A DNA stretch of 64,000 bases, taken from positions 128,219 to 192,218 of the forward strand of contig QPMI01000510.1 of the NCBI GenBank assembly GCA_004431415.1, read 5' to 3'. The notes under the pieces are model-generated. The model saw only the letters and a list, made by a program, of their open reading frames with translations. It did no database searches and was not told the DNA's origin. The position numbers and the translations under genes are program-made. Numbering within the stretch: position 1 is the first letter of the stretch; the number at the start of each line of letters is the position of its first letter. Positions 13,160 through 24,213 of this stretch are shown one piece after another. This stretch comes from Cyanophora paradoxa CCMP329 (lineage: Eukaryota; Plantae; Glaucophyta).

Positions 13160-13709
13160 ATGCGACTCTTCTTAGCTATATATAAGGCTTCCCAAGCCGT
13201 GCTAGCGCTCCGAGGCTCGCCGGCCGCGGCAAGTTGCCGCTCGGATCGTTTGACGCGTGCGTGCGCGCGGGCGCCGCAGAGCATGCCGAACTTCAAGGAG
13301 CCGATCTTCAACACGCCCAGCTTCCCCTTCCAGTCCCAGGTCGGATTCCAGGGCACGGGTCGAAAGCCGGCCGCGGCGGGTTGTCCTCAGCTCTGGGCTC
13401 ACGGCGGCGGCGGGGGCGCAGGTGCGGGACAGCGTGTGGGTGGAGGGCGCGAAGGACCACGCCGGCGCCTGGTGGGTCGAGGAGGAGCGCGCCCACGGCC
13501 CCAGGAAGTCCCGCGTGCGTTCCCGACCCCCGCGCCGCTTTAAAGAGGCAGCGCCCATGGCCAGGCCAGGCCAGGGCTGCAGCTGCCCGACTGCCCGCCC
13601 CGCGCGGCCGCGGTAGCCCGGGGATGTCGCCCTGACCGGCGGCCTGCGGCAGGGGCACGAGGGCGAGAGCACCAGCTGCGGCGCCTTCCTCGTCCGCTTC
13701 CTCCGGTGA
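13160..13709 (+). CDS. Small unknown protein, paralog A (start at 13160 or 13282)
   Basis: Exons SMPNFKEPIFNTPSFPFQSQ|VRDSVWVEGAKDHAGAWWVEEERAHGPRKSR|GHEGESTSCGAFLVRFLR*. Homologous to the gene at 19877-20748. Confidence 0.6.
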
Positions 13710-14055
13710 GCTCCACTGGGTGCTGGTTTCGATCGCGAGCTCGCTTATCAGTTAGACTGGAGCCCGAGTCATGATCACGATTAATTGAAGATTTGGATTT
13801 AGCTATAGCAAGATTAGATACAGCTGCAGTGGCTGCAGCGTCCGTACCCCTCCCCCTGCTGAGGCTGTGCGATTCTGTCGTGTTTCGGATTCGTTTTGTA
13901 ATTAAGAATAACCTGCTGCTTGCATGTGAGATGGCAAAAAAAGGCGCGGAAAAAGCTAAACCCGCTAGCTACATGCGGGCGGATAAATAGAAAGACTGCT
14001 GCAGGAAAAAGACTCGGCCGCGAGGGGCGGAGGGGGCGATCGAGACGCCGGGGTG

Positions 14056-15258
14056 TCAGCGGGGGGAGTCGACGCCGGCCTCGGCCCCGGCGAGCTCGTA
14101 GTCGTGCGCGTAGACGTCCCGGTCCGCGAAGCGGCTCCGGGGGCGGTGGCCCCGCCCCGAGCGCCACGAGGAGCCGCCCTCGCCGAAGGCCGGCGGGGCG
14201 AGGAGGCCGCTGCCGGGGACGCTGCCGCTGCCGGGGGCCCCGGCGGGGGCGCGGTCGGCGGCGTGCATGAGGGCGGCGTGGTGGGCCTCGCGGGCGCGCG
14301 CGTTCTCGCCGGAGCGCTTGGCAGAGGCGAACTCGGCGAGGATGTCGGCGTGCGCCGCCGCGACCTCCTCGGAGAGCAGCGAGGCCCCGCTCGCCCCGCT
14401 GCCCCCAGCGTCCGCGCCGACCCGCCCCCGGGCCCCGCCCGCAGCAGCCGCGGCGACGGCGACGGCTGCCGCCGCGGCGACGGCGGCACGGGGCCGGCCC
14501 GCGGGCTCTCCGGCGGGGTCAGGCCCACCGTGGGCCACTGCTCGGGCACCCCGAGAGCAGCAGCGCCGGCGGCGCGGGGCTGCGCGGGGCCGGCCCGTGC
14601 CCGTGCGCGTGCCCGGGGGCGTGCCAGTGGGAGTGGGGCGCGCCGGGGTGCTCGGGCCCAGGGCTGGGGGTCGGGTCCCCGGGGAGCACGGGCTCCGTCC
14701 CGGGCTCGTGGTCGTGGTCGTGGAGCCTGGGGTACCCCCACGTCAGCTCGGGGGCTCGGGCGCACAGCTCAAATCAGAAGCGGAGGGCACCCGAGGGCGC
14801 AGAGGGCGCAGCGCTTGTACTTCATCATGACGCCTGCGGGCGCGAGGGGGGCCGGGGGTCGAAGTCCGCGGGGAGGCGAAGAGAAGGGGCGCGGGGCGGG
14901 CGGGGCGTACGGTGGAGGCGGGCGAGGAGGTTGTCGAGCTCGCGGCGCAGCGCCGCCCGCTCGGCCGCCTCCGCGCGCCGCCCGCCCTCCTCCGCCCGCA
15001 GCCGCGCCTCCAGCTCCTCGCACCGCGCCTGCCGCAGGGCCGCGGGGCCCCGTCAGGGTCTCTCCCACGCGGGCGGGCGGGCGGGGCGGGCGGGGCGCGC
15101 CTCGGCGAGGGCGCGCTCGCCGCGCTCGGCCTCGAGCGCCTCCGCCGCCTCCCGCAGCGCCGCGTCCCGCTCCCCCAGCGCAGCCTGCCCGGGGCCCCCG
15201 CCCGCTCAGATCTGGGCCAGAACCAGCGGGCGGGGGGCGGGCGGGGAGGCGGGCCGGG

Positions 15259-15294
<36 letters not shown>

Positions 15295-15910
15295 CTCGAG
15301 GGCGCCCTTGGCGGCGAGGAGCATGCGGACCTCCTCCTGTAGGCCCGCCTCGATCTGCCCCCGCCGCCCCCGCCCCGTCAGGCCCGCCGCCTCCGCTGCC
15401 CCCAAGCCGCCGGCGCGGGGCTGGCACCTCCTCGAGGCGGCGGCGGTCGGCGAGCTCGCGCTCGAGGCGCGCCGCCATGTCCCCCGCCCGGTCCCCCAGC
15501 TCCATCAGCCGCACCTGCCCCCGCGCGGCGGCCGTGAGGCGGCGCGAGCGGGGGCGGGGGCCGAGGGCGGGGCGTCCGTGGGGGAGCACCTCGGTGTGGC
15601 CGGCGGCGTCCTGGGCGGCGAGGCGCGCCTCCTTCTCCGCCCCGTAGGCCTTCGTCAGCAGCGCGTTCTTCGAGCGGATCTCCTGCGCCCGCCGGCGTCA
15701 GGGCTGGGGGGGCGCCGCCTGCTCTGCCTCTAGCTCCGCCTGCCCCCGGCATCGAGCTCTGGGGCCGGGGGCGCACGGCGAGGGCGGCGTCGGTGCGCTG
15801 GAGGTCGCCCGCCGCCCGCTCGAGCTCGTGCTCCCGGTTCATCAGCTTGTACGCCAGGATCAGGTTCTTCTCCTGCGCGCCGCCACGCTGGCGAGTCGGG
15901 GGAGGAGGGA

Positions 15911-15941
<31 letters not shown>

Positions 15942-17757
15942 GGGGCGGGCGGGGCGGGGCGGGCGGCGGGCACCTGGAGGGGCACAAGGCGGTCGAGGGT
16001 GGCCCGCGCGCTGACCTCCGCCCGCCGCCGCCGCTGCGTCTCCCGCTCCAGCTCCCCCCGCAGCTTCGCGCGCTCCTGCGCCCCCGCCCCGCCCCGTCAC
16101 CCGGGCCGGGGAGGGAGGAAGGGGGCCTGCGGGAGGGCGGGGCCTGCGCGCCTTGGCGAGGAGGCGGAGGCGGCGGTACTGCGAGAGGAGCGTCGCTCGC
16201 TGCCGCTCGCGCGACCGCTCCTCCTTCCTGCGCGCCGCGGGGCGGGGCGTGAGGGGGGAGAGGGGAGAGGCGGCCCGCGCCCGCCCGCCCGGCCCCGCCC
16301 GGCGCACTTGAGGAGGGCGTCCAGCTGCTCGTTCCGCTTCTCCAGGTTCGAGATGCGGATCTGCGGGCGGGCGGGCGGGGGGGCGGCTCGGGCGAGGGCG
16401 CGGGGGCGGGGCGGGGCGGGCGGGGGCGGCGGGGGCACCTGGCGGTCCATGGAGAGGGCGTCGGTCTCCCACCGCACCCGCTCGATCTCGTTCATCCGCC
16501 GCGTCTGCCGCCCCCCCCCGTGAGGCGCGCGGGGGCGAGGGGCGAGGGGCGGGGAGGGGGCGCACGAGGCGGTCGGCGGTCTCGCGGAGGTGCTGGACCT
16601 CCTGGGCGGCCGTCACCGCCACCACCGCCCCCCGCTCGAACTCCTCCTGCCCCCCACCGTCGGCCCCCGCGGCAGCACTCGCCGGCGGGGCGGGGCCCGC
16701 GGGGGACCTGCGCGCGGTGGAAGCGGGAGGCGAGCTCGATGTTCTCCCGCAGCAGCACGATCGACTCCGCCTCCACGTGCGTCAGCATCTCCTGCCCGCC
16801 CCGGCCCCCGGAGCGCCCCGTCAGAGCCCGCCCGAGGCCGCGGGGCGCGGGGCGGGGCGGGGGCACGTGGGTGCGCTGGTGGTCGGCGCGCTCGGCCTCG
16901 AGGCGGGCCCGCAGCGCGTCCACCTTCGCCCGCAGCGCCTCCGCCTCGTCGTTCTCCTGCGCCCCGCCCCCCCCGGCCCCTCAGCCCCCGCCCCTCCCCC
17001 GCCCTCCCATTCGTCCCCCAGCCCGTTCGTGTCAGGCACCCAGGGGGTAGCTACAGCCGGCCCCGCCTGCCTGCCCGCCTTGAAGGATGGGGTTCGAACC
17101 CAGGGGCGGAAAGCCCCGCCCCGCCCCCGGTCCCGCCCCGTCGCGCCGCTCCGCAGCAAACACCCCCCCCCCCCCCACCCCACCCCTCGACCCTGTACCC
17201 CCTCCCCTCCCCCCCAAGCGCTCCGCGTGGCGCACCTCCCACTCCTCCGCTTCGGGGATGTCCCCCTCCCCCAGCTCCTCCACAACCTGGGGTGCGCTTT
17301 CATTGGACGAGGTACGAGTTGGTTGGAAGGTTGGCGGTGGAAGCAAGGGCACCTTTTCCGCGAGCGACATGCGCCCGTCGCGGGTTGGGGGCGGTAGCGT
17401 GGGGGTACCATCTACGAGCTGGGGGTACTCCAAAGGCATTCCGAAGGTACGCCATAGATCCTCGGCCGTAGAGGGGCGGTACCCAGGCTCCGTGAAGGCC
17501 CGGGGCGGGGCCGTGCGCGGGGGAGGCTGGGGAAAGGAGGCGGCGGGTGTGCCGCGCCCGCCGTGCGGGAGGGCGGCGGAGGTGCGCGGCCGTTCGGGCG
17601 AGGCCGGCGTGAGCCTCCTCGCCGTAGACGACATGTCGCTCGAGGGCGCTGCGGGCGGCGCGCGGTCAGAGCCTCGGAGCCGGCCCACGGGCGGCTCGTT
17701 CCCGTGAGAGCTTGAACCGCAGAAAGCGCCTCCCGTGCGCCGTGAAACTAGCAGCAT
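14056..17757 (-). CDS. Large coiled-coil protein with a Pro/Ser-rich N-terminus, multi-exon
   Basis: Many short E/R/L-rich heptad exons (ENDEAEALRAKVDALRARLEAE, RISNLEKRNEQLDALLK, EKNLILAYKLMNREHELE); final exon ends ...GVDSPR* at 14056. Confidence 0.7.
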
Positions 17758-18306
17758 GCTCAGCGCAGCGCCGCACCTGAGTTCGTCCGCAGTGACGCGT
17801 TCAGGATGCCGCTGCGAGGAGTCTGCGGCACGCCCATCTTCACCAGCTTCGCACCAACCGTGTAATACTTCATCGCTCGCACTGCGGCGGCGTGCTGCTC
17901 AGCGGGCGCGGTGCTCAGGGCGGATTCAGCGCACAGGTCGCTGCGGTGCAGCTGTTTGGCCCAATCGATGAGCGGGGGGTGGGCACTCCGGGCGTGCTAG
18001 CGCTGCAGCTCATCGGAGTCCCCGGCGCCGTCATCCTTCTGAACTGCGCAGCCGTTTGCCTTGCCGGTGCCGCCGCGGACTGGCTATGCCAAAGAAGGGG
18101 CGGCAGGAGGTCGCCGAGGAGCTCGCCTAGGACATATGCGCGTTTGGGAGCATCGCACAATCGCTTCAATTTGGAGGCGTCGGGATACCGTAATTTGTTT
18201 GAGAGTCGTCGCGTGGACGTCCGACCCTCGGCCTGCAGAACAACCGGAGAGAGTCAGCTGCAGTGATTTAGCGACAGTTAGTTTCAGCCGCTCCCTGGCT
18301 TCTCGA

Positions 18307-19281
18307 ATGATGGTGCGTAGCGCTTCGTCCTCCAGTGCCGCGCGGGTAGCTTCCACGGGCCTCGGTTACTGATGGCCCGTTTTGGCGATGTGTTTCTAGG
18401 GGGTGAAAGAAGGAGCGAGCGGCCGTCAAAGCGCAGAACTCAGGAGGTTGGGCATCAAGTACAATCCGCCGCAGCTGATCGTAGAGTACTTCTCGGGGGG
18501 AGAGGGCAAGCTTCGCCAGCGCGCGTTGAGGCTACATCACCTGCGAGCGGACTCGGACGCGGGGCGGGTCACCACCAAGCTCTTTAAGTGTAGTAAGATT
18601 CTAGACCAGAACCAGGTGTCCTTCGACCAGGTGCGTGCGCATCCACTGCAGCTCAGCGGGGCTCCCGCCGCGCGCCCCGACCGCCCCCCGCTCTGTAGGT
18701 CAAGCGGCTGGTCGTTCAGCTTGTCCAGCACCTCAAGGCTCAGCCATCGACCACGGATAGCGGCTCATCTAGTAGCAGTTCAGATACGCTGCAGCGGCTT
18801 TCCACTCCTCCAGCGGACGCCACTTGCGAAGACCTGAACAAGGCAGGCCACGTATTGCCGGCCGGAAGAGACGCCGCCCGACGCGCCCGCGCAGGTATCG
18901 GAGGAGGAGCTAAAGCGGAGGAAGGCTGAGATGGATCGTGAGTTTGAAAAGAACAGGAAGAAGCCCGGCGACCCCGACTTCGTGTACGATGTTCAGGTTC
19001 GAGCGGCTGTCCGGCTGCCTTGCGCCCGGGACGAGCTGCGCAAGCCTCTTCCACTTAGAACATAGCCCCGTATACATCTGCTTCTCTCTTTCCCGTCGCC
19101 CCTCGCTTCTCGTTCGGCGCGCTTACGCCGTGCGTGCCTTCCGCCGGTTCGCAGAAAGATTTCCAACCCACGGAAGAGAACGAGTGGGACGAAGGCGCGT
19201 TCAACCGCAATTTTGCTCTGCTTGCGGCGCATTGACGTCCGCACAGATATGCCGGACCCCGAAGAGGAGGAGCTCTGGTAG
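18307..19281 (+). CDS. CEP19: Centrosomal/basal-body protein CEP19 homolog
   Basis: RRLGIKYNPPQLIVEY...GKLRQR, EDLNK|VSEEELKRRKAEMDREFEKNRKKPGDPDFVYDVQ|KDF...NEWDE follow the CEP19 pattern (GIxxxPP; DLNK...KxxMDxxFEKN...DPxFVYD; WD). Confidence 0.88.
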
Positions 19282-19876
19282 AGCGCTTCTCCTCTTCCTC
19301 CTTTGATCCGCCTTCCTTCTCCCGTCCGAGCCCGCCTTCTCTTCTTGATTCTTTTTCCTCTCCCAATTCTTCCAGCGACCCCTCCATCCACCTCCTTCCT
19401 TCGCCTCCCCGCCTTCGGTTCCACTTCAGATCCAGCCCAAACCAGCACCATCCGTATCCCCCCTTCCCATCTTCCATGCCCTCTTCCTCGGCCTCTCGAG
19501 CGGCACGACGGCGGCCCATAGTCCCCTTTCTATTCTGGGCCAGGGCCCTCAACATTTATTGCGATCCATGCAGCCCTGCATGTGCTTACTTGAAATGCTT
19601 GCATGTATGTATGTACCTAGTGCTTAGTACCTAGCTATACGTAGAAAATGTTAACGCGTAGTCATTGTTTGTGAACCTCTGTTTCACATGCCCAGCACAA
19701 GCTGCACAACCCGTCTAGCTATAGGTGTGGAGTTGACCTTGCTAACTGCAGAGGCGGGATTCATTCGATTAGTATAACGGACGCGGGTGAAATGATCTAT
19801 AGTAGAAGCTATTCGGAACCTACACGTACAAGACTCTGAGATGGGGGCGCGAGATTTGATAATTACGAGGATCTAA

Positions 19877-20748
19877 TTAAGATGCGCGGCGGCGAGTCTC
19901 CCGCACTGGAGTGTCCTTCTTGCTCTCCTCCTTCTTGGAGGCGTTTTCGAATTGCTTTAGCTTGCGCTTCAGGCCAGCCGGCAACTTGTCCTCGGGCGTG
20001 TTCCACCAGCAACCCTCTGCGCATGCGGCGTGGCGGGTCGGGCACGGCCCGGCAGGGTCGCCATAAGCGAGCGCACCGTGCTCCTTCGCGCCCTCCACCC
20101 ACACGCTCTCGCGTACTTGGGTTTTCCACGGGAAAACCTGCACAGCAACCTTTGTAAGTTACTCGTCGACCGACGAGCAAGGTTCCAAGGATAAAAGGGA
20201 TGGGCAGCGAAGTCGTAGAATGTACGGCCCGCGGCTTTTCTTGAAGTTGGGAGACGCACCGGCGGCACATTCACGCCGCGCAGGGGCGCGGGCTCGAGCT
20301 TGCTGAAGACAGCGTCCTTGAAGTCGGGCAGGCTCTGCGCCGTACAGCTCAGGCATAGATTTTAACATGCGCACTTAGCTATGTGAAGCTAAGACGCGAG
20401 CGGGACGTTCGCTGAAGGGCTCTCCTTTCCGAGGCTCGGTCGGATTCCTATCGAGCTGACGGGGGCCTGTCACGCACCTTCTCGGACTTGACCTCAACGG
20501 GCTTTAGGAGCTCGGGCTTCTCCCGCCACCAGACCAGGACGTTCTGCGGGAAATGACGGGTTCAGGCATGACTATGTCACAGAACGCGAGGCCGCCGGGC
20601 AGCTTCAACGAGGCCAGATATACGCAACGATCTCCTTGAACGGAACAGGGGCCGCAGCCTTGGTCTCCTTCGCTTTCTTCGACTCAGGTTTCTTGTCGGG
20701 CTCGTCCTTCGTGTCTGCCTCGGAATCACGCTTCGACTTGCGAGCCAT
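19877..20748 (-). CDS. Small Lys/Glu-rich unknown protein, paralog B
   Basis: MARKSKRDSEADTKDEPDKK...|NVLVWWREKPELLKP...|SLPDFKDAVFSK|VFPWKTQVRESVWVEGAKEH|xGCWWNTPEDK...RRRAS*. Confidence 0.65.
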
Positions 20749-20876
20749 GTCGATCGACTCTACGTCTTCGGTCGCTGCGCACAGTAACTGCTGCGCTACT
20801 TGAACACGAGCAGTACCCCTATGGGCCGGACCCCCGGCCCCGGGACCCGGGACCCCAAACCCGAGTTTTGCCTGCC

Positions 20877-22964
20877 ATGTCCGGGCGCAGCATTGTTGTC
20901 TGTGGTGCTACAGGGACGCAGGTACGCGCTCTGGCCCCTCCGCCGTGCTGAGGCGCTTAAAACGCTCGGCCTTGGCGCCGGCCATGTAGGGTGGCGCCAC
21001 CGTTCGAGCCCTGCTGAACGGGAAGCACTTCCACGTAGCGGCTCTCGGTGCGTACGATATTTCAAACTACGCTCTCGCTCGAATAGTGATCCCCGATGTT
21101 CGCAGTGCGAGACCCAACGAGCGCGAAGGCCCAGGCGCTCGAGGCACTCGGTACGCGCGCGTGTTCAGCAGCGCCGCGGAGCGCCGGCTTAGATCTGACC
21201 TCCGAGGTTCGGGTCAGGCGTGCAGCTGATCAGAGGGAACATGGGTGACAAGGAGAGCCTCGTTCAGGTGCCTCCGGGCCTCGCGGGGATCTCGGGGCGC
21301 CCCTCCCGCAATCCGATCGCCGCTTGCCGCTGCAGGCCTTCACTGGCGCCTACGGCGTCTTCTCCGTCCAAACGCCCTGGACGGCCAGCATGAAGTGCGA
21401 GGCGAGTAGCATCAGCTTGAGTCTGCGAACGATGGCGGGTCGCATTGAGCTGATCGGCGGACCGCACCGCGCCGCAGACAACCAGGGAGATACAGGAGGG
21501 AAGGAATGTGGCGCAGGCACGCGCCCCCGCGGTCGTACCCCCTGGATCTCCGCGCGCTTTTACCCCCTCCCGGCAGGCGGCGAAGGAGGCGGGGGTACGG
21601 CATCTCGTGTACACGTCCGCAATAGGAGCGGGCGGCGCAAAGCCCAGCGAGCTGCCCCACGTCAACTCCAAGACGGCGATCCAGGCGAGCGTGTACCCCG
21701 GCCGCCACCGCCTGCCTTGATGTCCCCCCACCCACCCCACCCCTTCCAGAACGAGATCAAGGCCCTGGGGGTACGTGAAGTCGGAAACGAGCAGCCGCCC
21801 GGCGCCGGCCCCGCTCTTGAGCCCGCTCTGCCAGATCCCGCACACCTTCCTGCACCCGGTCACGTTCATGGACAACTGGACGGGCGGGGTGCCCGCCATG
21901 ACCATGAAACCGTGCGCAAACCCCCTTCGAAACGCAACGGGGGGTGCGTGTATTGTACGAGCATTCAAACCCGCGGGGTGCGCAGGGGCAAGGTGCCCGG
22001 AGTCAGCTTCCCCGACACCCCCTTGTATTTGGTTGGTACCCGGGAACGGAATGGAAGGAAGGGTACTGGAACGAGCGCCGGCTCAGGTTGCCGGGGAGGA
22101 CATCGGACGCTTTGCCGCGCTGGCCTTCGAGAAGCCCGAGATTTACCTCGGTACCCCCCTGCCGCACCTCCCGCCCTTCCCTCCTCCCCCTTCTTTCTTC
22201 CCCCCCGCCCCCTCTACCCCCCCTCCCCCCTCCCCCGCCCCACCTTTCCCCCTTCGATTCCCCCCCCCCTCTTCCCCCTCCCCGGCTCGCGTATAATTCC
22301 CCCTTCCCCCTGGCTCGCTTATACCCGCGCAGGCAAGACAGTCGAGATCGCAGGGGACGTTGTCACCGGGAAAGAGATCGCGGGGGTACGTCTGCTCTCT
22401 GGGTAGCGCACCCTTTCCTTCCTTGGGCTTCCTCTGACCCTCCTGGATCCTTCAGATAATGGAGAAGCTCTGCGGGTACCCCTTCGAGTACTCGACGCCC
22501 CCAGGTACCCCTCTCGAACTGCTCTCGCGTACCCTCCGTCTCGAAACGACGGGGTACGCAGTCTGGCTCCTGAAGATCATGGCCCCGGAGTTCGCGGCGA
22601 TGATTGAACTGTGCGCGCCGGCGCCGCACCCCCCTCTCCCTGCTCCCCGCCCCCTTCCTCCTCCTCCTCCCCCCCCCCTTCCCCTCCCCCCGCCCTTTTT
22701 CTCCCCCCTGCGCCTCAGCCCGCTCTTGTAACTTACCTCCAGCTTCGAGACTTCGCCGTTCACTGTGGACATCAACCACTGCCGGCGGCTCGTACCCGGC
22801 CTCAAGACGGCAGAGGAGTTCCTCATGTGCGCCGTACCCCCCTCCTCACCCCCCTTCCGGACGAGCGCATGTGACGGTGTACCCCCAGGGACATGGACCC
22901 GGCACTGCTCGCGAGCCTGAAGCAGCGCCCGTCTTCCTGCGCGTGCAAGTGCGCCGTCATGTAA
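20877..22964 (+). CDS. NmrA/HSCARG-like NAD(P)-binding atypical SDR with a C-terminal CaaX motif
   Basis: MSGRSIVVCGATGTQ|GGATVRALL, RDPTSAKAQAL, AFTGAYGVFSVQ, AAKEAGVRHLVYTS, TFLHPVTFMDN and EDIGRFAALAFEKP; last exon ends ...SSCACKCAVM*. Confidence 0.9.
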
Positions 22965-24213
22965 ACGTCGCGGCACCACAGTCCGCGCCGCCGCTCTGGC
23001 CCCGGCGCGCACCCGCCTGCCTCAGTGGCCGAGTGCGTTTCGAGGAGTCCCCCACATCGCCCCTCCGGAGCCCGTTCCCTCTAGATCGACCGCTTCCCGA
23101 TCCCTTCAACTGCGCCATCCATCGCCCCCTAGGCCTTTCGCGCCCCGCCAACGCCTCTTGTAATTGGTATTGGTACATTAGCCTCTCAGATAAGACGCGC
23201 CATTTAGCTGCCTCGCCTAGGTGCAGGACATATGCATGCGCATCATATTCTAGCGTAGTATCATAGTATACGTACTTCTAGATCTTAGCGATAGTACAGG
23301 AACTCAGAATCATTGAATCATCATGGCATTGAATTCTATGTGTATTCGAATTCGAACAACCTTCCGACTCGGCGAGTCTCTGACTAGTACTCTAGATCTG
23401 AGTCTCTGCATGCACTGCGGCAGCTGATTAAGGATCACTGCATGACCTATGATCACTGCCAGATTGATTTCCGAAGTTCCGATCCAGGCCTAGGAGGTTC
23501 CAATAATTTCTTTGTAGTTGAATCTCGTTTTGGGGTGAGGCCTCTCGGCCCCACAGCGCTAGCCACGGTACTCTAGTGGCAGGGCACGCCATAACGGGGG
23601 GGGGCTGTCAGGGGCCTGATATCGGATGGGATCTGGCGCTAGGCGCCGACAAAAACCATCGAATGCTACTGGGGGTGACTATGTGTTGTGGCCGAGGTGG
23701 GAGCTGTGGTCGCGGGGGCGCCGGGCGCGGGGCCCGAGGGGTTGTGGCGGGAGCGGCCGTTTAGCTACTGGGGGGCGTCGGGGCGGGCCAGTAAAGAGCT
23801 CAGCGGCTGGCGGCACGGCCAGCCTGGCCATGGGGAGGATTTACGACGTTCAAATTGCAATCGAATGCACCGACGTATCACGACTACATTCACTGATCAT
23901 GAAAAAAAAGAGACAAGATGGATTTTAATGCTGATATCGACCACACACAATGAAAAAGAAGACTAGCACTGTTTCTGCATTCGGAAGCGCTGTATAGTGT
24001 AGTGTGCTTACTGTGGACCTGCATGAGCGAAAACAAACAGCACGGAAAGCACTGTGACAATGAATAACTGGGAATCTCCGAGAAGGGGCGGCCCCGGGGC
24101 GAGGACTACGGGACATCGATACAGAGCCCGGGGCGGCTAGCCTTCCAGTAACAGTACAGCGGCGGCGCGGCCGGCGGCGGGAGGCGCGATTGAAAGCTGA
24201 CAGCGTCGGAGGC

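Noticed and set aside
17040-17120. tRNA-like GGGTTCGAACCC T-arm/B-box
   Set aside because: No acceptor stem, D-arm or anticodon arm can be folded around it; it lies within the coiled-coil gene.
18084-18356. Minus-strand ORF (EATRAALEDEALRTIIREARERLKL) upstream of CEP19
   Set aside because: No ATG start, overlaps the CEP19 first exon and intron, and no recognisable domain.
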